Part shown: positions 9,314 to 16,609 of the stretch, piece after piece | Layout of the letters: the number at the start of each line of letters is the position of its first letter | Position numbering within the stretch: the first letter of the stretch is position 1 | NCBI GenBank assembly: GCA_963702845.1 | Contig: OY969763.1 | Location: forward strand, 960,001-1,024,000 | Length of the DNA: 64,000 nucleotides | Direction of reading: 5' to 3' | Source of the DNA: an uncultured Verrucomicrobiae bacterium | Lineage (GTDB): Bacteria > Verrucomicrobiota > Verrucomicrobiia > Limisphaerales > Palsa-1400 | Notes under the pieces: generated by a model | The model's database searches: none | Told to the model about the DNA's origin: nothing | Seen by the model: the letters and a program-made list of their open reading frames with translations, nothing else | Translations under genes and position numbers: made by a program

Positions 9314-10630
9314 TTACTGGGGATGCACGTTAACGGTATGGCCGTTGACGATGTCTTCGACGATGTAAGAAGCAAACTCTGCTCGGAAATGTGGCGGGAT
9401 TCGCGCTTTGAACCGCGCCGTTTCGCCGGCGTAATCGCGTTCCACTACCTGCGCGACTTCATGCAATCGAGCGACCACTGCCGAGCTTTCGTGCGGCACG
9501 CGCAGTTCAACGAACTCGCGAACGGGCCGCAGCTGCGTGCCGAGTTCCTCGACGAGAGTAGCGATGCCTTCACCTGTCATGGCGGAAACGCCCACGCCAT
9601 TGTGAAATAGTTCGGTGTATCTCTCCAGCAATCCGTTCCCGCCGAACTTATCCATTTTATTGAACACCATGATCGTCGGTTTGCCGTCGGCGCCGATTTC
9701 CTTCAACACGTTGTTCACCGCGAGAATCTGCTCATCGGCCTGTGGATGGCTTAGATCAACGACGTGCAACAGCAACTCGGCCTGCACGACTTCTTCGAGC
9801 GTTGCCTTAAAGGCTTCAACCAATCCGTGCGGCAGCTTGCGAATGAAACCTACCGTGTCGGTCAGAAAAACATTTTGATTGGTCGGCAAATGCAGACGTC
9901 GCGTCGTTGGGTCCAGCGTCGCGAATAATTTGTCCTCGGCTAAAACGGCCGCTCCAGTTAACGCATTGAGCAAAGTTGATTTGCCAGCGTTGGTGTAGCC
10001 GACAATCGATGCCAGAGGCCACTGAGCACGCTGCCGTCCACTGCGTTGGGTCGCGCGTTGGCGGCGCACCACCTCGAGTTCCTCGCGAATTTTGTCGATT
10101 CGCTCCTGAACACGACGGCGGTCAGATTCCAACTGCGATTCACCTTCACCACCGCGCATACCGATACCGCCGGATTGACGCGACAAGTGACCCCAGAACC
10201 GGGTCAGTCGCGGGAGCAAATGTTGAAGCTGTGCGAGTTCAACTTGCAGCTTACCTTCCCGGGTGCGTGCGCGTTGCGCGAAAATATCGAGAATCAGCGC
10301 TGTCCGGTCGAGGACCTTGCAGTTGAAAACTTTTTCCAGGTTGCGGCTTTGTGCAGGCGAAAGTTCGTCGTCGAAAATTACCGTATCGACGTCGTTGTTC
10401 CGGCAATACGCCGCGAATTCTTCCGCCTTGCCGCTGCCGATGAATGTGCCTGCAACCGGTGCTTCAAGTTTCTGCACGCCGTCGCCAATGATTTCGGCGC
10501 CTGCGGTAGCAGCCAATTCAGCTAGTTCGTCGAGGGATTCGCGGATAGCCCAAGAGGGCCCTGACTTGAGTTCCAGTCCGATAAGAAACGCCCGTTCTGT
10601 CCTACTATGGGTCGAGATGAGTGCTTTCAA
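9314..10630 (-). CDS. hflX: Ribosome-splitting GTPase HflX
   Basis: DRTALILDIFAQRA, GYTNAGKSTL, DKLFATLD, DTVGF, NKMD. Confidence 0.96.
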   Translation of the reverse strand: MKALISTHSRTERAFLIGLELKSGPSWAIRESLDELAELAATAGAEIIGDGVQKLEAPVAGTFIGSGKAEEFAAYCRNNDVDTVIFDDELSPAQSRNLEKVFNCKVLDRTALILDIFAQRARTREGKLQVELAQLQHLLPRLTRFWGHLSRQSGGIGMRGGEGESQLESDRRRVQERIDKIREELEVVRRQRATQRSGRQRAQWPLASIVGYTNAGKSTLLNALTGAAVLAEDKLFATLDPTTRRLHLPTNQNVFLTDTVGFIRKLPHGLVEAFKATLEEVVQAELLLHVVDLSHPQADEQILAVNNVLKEIGADGKPTIMVFNKMDKFGGNGLLERYTELFHNGVGVSAMTGEGIATLVEELGTQLRPVREFVELRVPHESSAVVARLHEVAQVVERDYAGETARFKARIPPHFRAEFASYIVEDIVNGHTVNVHPQ

Positions 10631-10634
10631 TGTT

Positions 10635-11120
10635 TCAACGCACTATAGCATTTTTCTGCGCGAGCGAAAGGCGGCTGCTGGAACTGTCTGGCGCAAGGTC
10701 GATATGTTCCTGCCTTTTAATTAAATCATCCAAAGTGGTTCGTGTCAGCACGTCCTTGAGCCCGTCCTGCGCTTGTTCGAACAATCCGCACAGCGCGCAA
10801 CCGCCGACGTGTTTGCAATCCGGTTTGTCCTGCTTGCAACGTTGAAAAACTATCTTGCCCTCGATCGACTCAACAATCTCAAGAACCGTAATTTCACTGG
10901 CAGACTTCGCCAAAACGAATCCGCCACCGGCGCCACGAACGGATTTGACCAACCCAGCACGAGCGAGGTTCTGGAAGATCTTTGCGAGAAAACTTTTCGG
11001 CACCTTTTCCGCGCGACTGACTTCGTCAATCATGGCGGTTTTGCGGCTGGCGCCGTTACCCCGGCGCGCTAAATACATCATTCCTAAAACGCCGTATTCG
11101 CCTGCGCGGGTGATTTGCAT
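10635..11120 (-). CDS. Rrf2 family transcriptional regulator with candidate Fe-S Cys ligands
   Basis: MQITRAGEYG, LVKSVRGAGGGFVLA, ITVLEIVESIEG, Cys cluster RCKQDKPDCKHVGGCALC. Confidence 0.92.
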   Translation of the reverse strand: MQITRAGEYGVLGMMYLARRGNGASRKTAMIDEVSRAEKVPKSFLAKIFQNLARAGLVKSVRGAGGGFVLAKSASEITVLEIVESIEGKIVFQRCKQDKPDCKHVGGCALCGLFEQAQDGLKDVLTRTTLDDLIKRQEHIDLAPDSSSSRLSLAQKNAIVR

Positions 11121-11128
11121 TATTAAAC

Positions 11129-11174
11129 AGGACTGATTCTGTCCTAAAATAAGGTCGCGCTGCCGGTAAGTCAA
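11129..11174 (-). promoter_or_regulatory. Promoter of Rrf2-hflX with adjacent palindromic operator
   Basis: Minus strand TTGACT-17-TATTTT, immediately followed by AGGAC-N7-GTCCT (11129-11145). Confidence 0.55.
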
Positions 11175-11477
11175 TGTTCAGTGGAGTTGGAACGAGCGTG
11201 GATTTGAAGTCCGCTTCGCAAGGGGAAATGCTAGCAAGTTTTCGATTCACTATTGGGTAATCACGCCGCTGCGAACTGAAGGCCGCACTCTTTACGACAC
11301 AAATGCCACCCTCCTGAATCATCGAATCCCCGATTGACCACACTTGATGTGTCAATAGCTTGCCTCGTGACAATTTGCGGCGGGCTTGACCGCGACACAG
11401 ATTCGGGCAAAGGTTTAGTCAATTGAATAGTGGTTGATTTGAGCCACAGTCGGTACAAAAAGATTTTCGCTGAAAAT

Positions 11478-12038
11478 ATGAGCGCGCATAAATGGTTATT
11501 CGTTAAGAACTTCATCAAGCACCCCGTCACTGTTAGTTCGATTATTCCAAGTTCGCGCTTCTTGATGAACCGGGTGTTGAACCGCATGGACTGGGAGCGG
11601 GCCAAAACCATTATCGAATTCGGCCCTGGTGTTGGCAACTTCACCAGGGAAATTTTAAAGCGCATGCGGCCCGATGCCCGGCTCGGCGTGATTGAATTGA
11701 ATTACGACTTTGTCCAGTCATTGCGCAAATCGATTCCCGACCCGCGCTTGCACGTTGCGCATCAGTCCGTTGAAGGTGTCGAAGATGTCATGCGCCAGAT
11801 GGGATGTTCGCAAGTGGATTACGTCATCTCGGGAATCCCGTTCAGTATCTTGCCGGAACCCGTTCGCGAAAAAGTCGTTCAGTCCACGCATTCTGTGCTC
11901 AGTCCCGACGGCAGCTTCATGGTCTACCAATTTTCCCGGGCCGTGTTGCCACATCTCGAGAAGGTGTTCCGCAAGGTGGAACAGGAATTCGAGCCGCTGA
12001 ATGTTTTGCCGGCGCGGTTGTTTTATTGCGCCAAATAA
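11478..12038 (+). CDS. SAM-dependent methyltransferase, phospholipid N-methyltransferase (PmtA-like)
   Basis: FIKHPVTVSSIIPSS, IIEFGPGVG, VISGIPF, YQFS, NVLPA. Confidence 0.8.
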   Translation: MSAHKWLFVKNFIKHPVTVSSIIPSSRFLMNRVLNRMDWERAKTIIEFGPGVGNFTREILKRMRPDARLGVIELNYDFVQSLRKSIPDPRLHVAHQSVEGVEDVMRQMGCSQVDYVISGIPFSILPEPVREKVVQSTHSVLSPDGSFMVYQFSRAVLPHLEKVFRKVEQEFEPLNVLPARLFYCAK

Positions 12039-12042
12039 TTGT

Positions 12043-12082
12043 GTGGCAGCCGACGTGAAAGGCTCTGATTTGGTCTGCTACG
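12043..12082. repeat. REP-like inverted pair between convergent genes
   Basis: GTGGCAGCCGACGTGAAAGGCT ... GGTCTGCTAC (reverse complement GTAGCAGACC). Confidence 0.45.
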
Positions 12083-12085
12083 AAA

Positions 12086-13267
12086 TCAGATTCCTTTATT
12101 CGCGCGCCACAGTAGCACTGCGCCGACTGCCTGGAAAATGAAGTTCGGCATCCACATGATTAGATACGGTGCGCGTTCCGGATGCGATTGCCACGACTGG
12201 CCTAAAATGATGAAGCTGTAATAAACGAGCAGCAGCACCAGCGCAATCGCGATGCCAGCACTGGTTTCACGTCGATGCGCCCGAATCGCGAGGGGAATCC
12301 CAACCAGCGTAAAGCCAATGCACGCGAACGAAAACGCCACCTCTCGATGAATTTGGACCAGCAGCGGCATGCTCAAGTCAGTGGTTAGCTCTTTGATTTT
12401 TGCGTCCGGCTTCGCGTCTGCAGTGGGCGATTTTGTTTTGTCGGTGCGGCGAGGGGCAGGCGCGGCGGTTCGAACCTGTTCAAGTTCGTTTAGCTTCGCC
12501 CATAGCTGGCTGAACGTCATATCGCTGAGTGGCACGTTCACACCCTGTGCATTTTGCGAACGCAGCGGAAATTCCATTACCGCATTGGTTGAACCGCCTT
12601 GATACGTCCAGCCGTCCTGCTCTTTGTAGAGAACGTATGGAAAATCCAACACCAATTGGATTCGGTTCGTCAGTGCTGTGATCGTGCCAGTCGGTGCCCG
12701 AATCACGCCATGCAGGTCGTGCTGATCGTCGTATTCGTAAAGAAGAACGTTTTCGACGTTGGTGCCGTTCTTGTGAACCTTCGAGACATACAACGTATAC
12801 TTTCCCAACTCGACAAATTGGTTCGCTTGCAGTGCTCGAGTGGGCTGCGCCATCCCTGCTTCATAGAGTAAGTTTTTGTAAGCAACGCGGCTGGCCGGGG
12901 CGACCTCCATGTTCAGCCACGCACACACGCCGCTCAGAACCAGGCTCAGAATTAAAATTGGTGTCGCTAGGCTTACGAGGCTCAAACCACCCGCGCGAGC
13001 TGCCGTCAGTTCCTGGTCGGCGCTGAATCGTCCGAACACGAGGAGCGCGGCGGTTAACATCCCGATCGGTAATGAAAACGCGAGGACGTAAGGAATCAAC
13101 AAGGCTAAAGCGCGGACGACCAGCCCGACCGTGGCCTGATGGTTGATGACCAAAGAAAGAATCTCTTTGAGCAAATTGCCGAGCAGCAGCACGAACGTAA
13201 ACACGAGCACGGTCATGACGAGAGTCGCCAAAACTTGTCGTGTTAAATAGAGGTGCAGCGTTTTCAA
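12086..13267 (-). CDS. lptF: LPS export permease, LptF/LptG family
   Basis: MKTLHLYL, FGRFSADQELTAARAGGLS, 3+3 TM helices around a periplasmic domain, WMPNF. Confidence 0.85.
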   Translation of the reverse strand: MKTLHLYLTRQVLATLVMTVLVFTFVLLLGNLLKEILSLVINHQATVGLVVRALALLIPYVLAFSLPIGMLTAALLVFGRFSADQELTAARAGGLSLVSLATPILILSLVLSGVCAWLNMEVAPASRVAYKNLLYEAGMAQPTRALQANQFVELGKYTLYVSKVHKNGTNVENVLLYEYDDQHDLHGVIRAPTGTITALTNRIQLVLDFPYVLYKEQDGWTYQGGSTNAVMEFPLRSQNAQGVNVPLSDMTFSQLWAKLNELEQVRTAAPAPRRTDKTKSPTADAKPDAKIKELTTDLSMPLLVQIHREVAFSFACIGFTLVGIPLAIRAHRRETSAGIAIALVLLLVYYSFIILGQSWQSHPERAPYLIMWMPNFIFQAVGAVLLWRANKGI

Positions 13268-13279
13268 GGCTCTGAATTA

Positions 13280-13304
13280 CCACAGAGGCACAGAGACACA
13301 GAGG
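13280..13304. repeat. Short intergenic tandem repeat (CACAGAG units)
   Basis: CCACAGAGGCACAGAGACACAGAGG. Confidence 0.7.
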
Positions 13305-13344
13305 AAAGCAAGATTTGTCTTTGCGCCGGCGCTTTCAAATCTCT

Positions 13345-15690
13345 TTAAGCCGCGGCTGTCGCTTGCGGCAATGTGCTTCGCGTTTGGGTGGTCGTGTCGG
13401 AATCCGTTTTCCAAGGAACTTCGTAGATTTTCACAGCAGTCCGAAAACCTTTCACTTCGTGTGGCGGCAATTCGATACACGTGGCGGCCAGTGTCGGTTC
13501 GTGCTGCTTTAAATCCAGGTATGTCGATTCACCGATGATGATGCGGCCATGGCCCGAAACGCCTTCGAGGCGCGACGCCAAATTTACCTCACGACCAAAC
13601 ACAGTGTAGTTCGTCTGCTCGACTGAACCCATTTCGCCAACGACGGCCTGGCCAGTGTTGATGCCGCTGCCCATCGAAAGCACTGGCAATAGAGACAGGG
13701 CAGGGAGGTTCATCGCTGTGCGCTGAATATTTTCTTCGGTGCGCCGGACGTTTTCGGCTTTGCGCTGCACGTTGATTGCCGCCAAGCCTCGTTGCGCGTC
13801 AATCGCCGCCATCACGCAATCGACGGCGTGACGCGGGTTGGAAACGGGTGCGCCCCAGAAAGCCATCACGCAATCTCCAATGTATTTATCAAACGTTCCA
13901 TTCCGCTGTTTGATGGTGTCAGCAATGATGCTGAGGTAGGTGCTGACGGTGTTCAGCGTTTCACGCGCCTGCTCAGATAAATACGTTTCCGCTTCTTCAG
14001 GCGAAAGTTTGTGATCGCGCAGGTAAGCATCCGCCTGTTGTTGCATCGTATCCGTCAACTCCGTAAACCCGCGCACATCTGCGAAATAAACCGTGATGCG
14101 CCGTCGCACGCCGTCCACGCGCAGACCTTCAGTTTTCAGAAGCTCATTGACGATTACTGGAGAAACGACCTTCGAGAAAACCGACTTGATGCGTTTGCGT
14201 TCGGTTTGTTCAACCAACACACGATAGGCGAGAGTAAACCCGGTCGTGACGAGGCCGGAGAAGACAACTGGCAAAATGATCGGCAGCCATAGCCGGAATT
14301 GGAGATGCAAGAGGAATGCGGCGGAGACGTAAGCTGTGGCCACGCAAACGAAGAAGATCAACCCGTAAAAGGGCCGAGCGACCCGCCAGGTGATGAAACC
14401 GGCCAGCGCGCCCATTAACACGATTAAGAGCAGCTTTAATGTGGTTGGCGTCGTTCTAACGAAATTGCCGGTGATCACCGAGTTGGCGACATTCCAATGT
14501 TTGCTGACTAGAAATGTGGAGCTGTCGAGTGAAGTCGAACCGCGGTCGCTCAGATCATTACCTGTTGCAGTGGAACCAATGATCACCAGTTTGTTTTGGA
14601 ATTTCTGGTCCCATTCCTTCGGTACGGTCTCGCCCCGTTCGCGTTTAACGCGGCAATCCAGAACGTCATCAAAAGACGCAAGTGTCAATCTTGGATCGTT
14701 TACCGGCAAACTCCATTCGATGTAATAGCTGCCATCTGCTTCGAGTGGTATAACGCGTGTAAAACCGTTCTTACCGTGCAATACGATGCGGCGTGGTTCT
14801 ATTGTCGCCTCATTCAAATCGATCTTCAGTTCCTGCGCGGCCATTACGACGCCCAGGCTCCAGGCACGGTACGTCGAATACGGTGCAAATTGGGCCGGCA
14901 ACCCGGGCGGCAGTGGGTTGACGAAGGTGGTTGTGTCGATCATTCCATCGTGATTGACAGGCACGATGACCGCCTCACGCTGTTTTTCACCGTTTGTTCC
15001 TATGTTGTAAGTCGCACGAAAGAACGTGATTTGGTTCGAGTCGAACTTTGTATCATTGAGAATGATGCCGTCTTTAGCTGCGAATTGTCTGATGAAGGGA
15101 TGCCAGTCGCGGTAATCCTTAAACGGTAGGTCACGGCGGAGTACGCCATCGCTGTCGCGTTCAACCGTGATGTTTGCGACAGCCAATGCATTTGTCGCAA
15201 AAAACGGATGTGGCATCACGTCACTGTCTGCCGAGATTATGGCAACGCCGGAGTTCCTGAGATCAGTTGCAAACAGCCAATCGGATGCGCCCCGATTTGT
15301 TTGCTTTGTGTCGGCATCAACCAGATCGACCATTTGATCGGACCGTTTCTCGGCAAAGATTACGTCAAAACCAACGGCCTTTGCATCGTCGAAGGCCAAT
15401 TCGCGGAGCGCGGCTCCATAGACGTGTCGCGGCCAATACAACCCGTAAGGTTTTCCCAGTAGCCCGGCATTTACCAAAGCGATGGTGTAATCGTTGATAT
15501 CCACGAACGAGAGGTTCGTGGCGACTGCCGAGGACCGGTCCAGTTGGTAGGTCAGTTTTACGCGTGCATCGTAGGTGCGAAACTCTAGTTCCTTAAAAAG
15601 TTTCAACCCAGAGAGTTCAACGGCGCAAGCCAGCACAATGACGCAGACGGCGATGAGGACCGGAGCGGAGGTGGCTCTCTTTAGTTGCAC
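13345..15690 (-). CDS. CHASE2-domain class III adenylate cyclase
   Basis: CHASE2 motifs (YWPR, VGFDVIF, DSDGVLRR), 3 TM helices, FADVRGFT, DKYIGD, GINTG, NYTVFGREVNLASRLE. GTG start at 15690 is inferred. Confidence 0.9.
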   Translation of the reverse strand: MQLKRATSAPVLIAVCVIVLACAVELSGLKLFKELEFRTYDARVKLTYQLDRSSAVATNLSFVDINDYTIALVNAGLLGKPYGLYWPRHVYGAALRELAFDDAKAVGFDVIFAEKRSDQMVDLVDADTKQTNRGASDWLFATDLRNSGVAIISADSDVMPHPFFATNALAVANITVERDSDGVLRRDLPFKDYRDWHPFIRQFAAKDGIILNDTKFDSNQITFFRATYNIGTNGEKQREAVIVPVNHDGMIDTTTFVNPLPPGLPAQFAPYSTYRAWSLGVVMAAQELKIDLNEATIEPRRIVLHGKNGFTRVIPLEADGSYYIEWSLPVNDPRLTLASFDDVLDCRVKRERGETVPKEWDQKFQNKLVIIGSTATGNDLSDRGSTSLDSSTFLVSKHWNVANSVITGNFVRTTPTTLKLLLIVLMGALAGFITWRVARPFYGLIFFVCVATAYVSAAFLLHLQFRLWLPIILPVVFSGLVTTGFTLAYRVLVEQTERKRIKSVFSKVVSPVIVNELLKTEGLRVDGVRRRITVYFADVRGFTELTDTMQQQADAYLRDHKLSPEEAETYLSEQARETLNTVSTYLSIIADTIKQRNGTFDKYIGDCVMAFWGAPVSNPRHAVDCVMAAIDAQRGLAAINVQRKAENVRRTEENIQRTAMNLPALSLLPVLSMGSGINTGQAVVGEMGSVEQTNYTVFGREVNLASRLEGVSGHGRIIIGESTYLDLKQHEPTLAATCIELPPHEVKGFRTAVKIYEVPWKTDSDTTTQTRSTLPQATAAA

Positions 15691-15705
15691 TGGTGTTAGA
15701 TAAAC

Positions 15706-15738
15706 AAAAAACCCGGAGCAACACAAGTTGCTCCGGGT
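15706..15738 (-). terminator. Intrinsic terminator after the FecR-domain gene
   Basis: 12-bp stem ACCCGGAGCAAC/GTTGCTCCGGGT with a 4-nt loop, followed by a U tract on the minus strand. Confidence 0.8.
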
Positions 15739-15753
15739 CCGAATTAAAGACTT

Positions 15754-16527
15754 TTATTGAGGATTGCTGCTCGGAACTGTGCCGGGCAATACAGGCGATA
15801 TCGGAATCTCGATTGGCGGCGCGCTGGGCGTGCCTGGCACAATCGTCGTTCCGTCACCACCCCTGAGTAAGTCAGCGATGGCTTGTTTGTAGAACTCCAG
15901 CAATTCAGGAACGGTCTTGTTTAGGGCGGCACCGGGCGTCCATGATTCGCCAGTGTTCAACACTTGCGTAATTGGCACATCGCCCTTGACGAGCGCGGCG
16001 GCGATCACTTCACCGGTAACACAGGTAAACGTCACGCGATAGGTTCCATCAGCGAGGGGTTCAACGGAAATGGCAAAGTCGGTTCCGCGAATACCAGCAA
16101 CGCCGTTCGGGGTGCGAATTTCGTAGTGGGAAGCGCGCGAAAGTTTTTCAACGCTGCCAACAATCGTTCCGGATTGCAGGTTCAACATCGTGTCGCTGTC
16201 GCCATCCGCGCCGCCGATGAAATTCAGATTTTCAATCTTCATCGAGGAGTTCGGCATGACGCGAACAGATGAGCTGTTGTGCGCAATCTTGAGGTTCACG
16301 ACCGCGTCAGGACCGGTAGTTTTAATGGTGGTTTGGCCATCAAACTCATCGCCGTTGTGAACCGCCATCCATGGACCGTCCGCAATGCGATACTGCACGT
16401 CACCGCGAACGCCATAAGCTTTCGCTTTGCTCTTCTTCATCGCAGCGGCATCTGCGCTGGCGGTCAGCACTACCAAAGCCAAGGTGCAGGCAATCAGGGC
16501 TTTGGAAAAGGAATACAATTTTGTCAT
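15754..16527 (-). CDS. Secreted FecR-domain protein
   Basis: Signal peptide, VRGDVQY, YEIRTPNGVAGIRGTDF, CVTGEV, Pro-rich tail. Confidence 0.85.
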   Translation of the reverse strand: MTKLYSFSKALIACTLALVVLTASADAAAMKKSKAKAYGVRGDVQYRIADGPWMAVHNGDEFDGQTTIKTTGPDAVVNLKIAHNSSSVRVMPNSSMKIENLNFIGGADGDSDTMLNLQSGTIVGSVEKLSRASHYEIRTPNGVAGIRGTDFAISVEPLADGTYRVTFTCVTGEVIAAALVKGDVPITQVLNTGESWTPGAALNKTVPELLEFYKQAIADLLRGGDGTTIVPGTPSAPPIEIPISPVLPGTVPSSNPQ

Positions 16528-16609
16528 AAATACCTCGTTGTCGGACTACCCGACATATTTGCCACCAGATTAACGAGACCACCCATAAAGTCAACGGTAT
16601 AAACGACCT

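Noticed and set aside
11333..11356. ATTGAC-N12-GTCAAT as an FNR/CRP site
   Set aside because: Spacing does not fit TTGAT-N4-ATCAA; it may be overlapping divergent -35 boxes.
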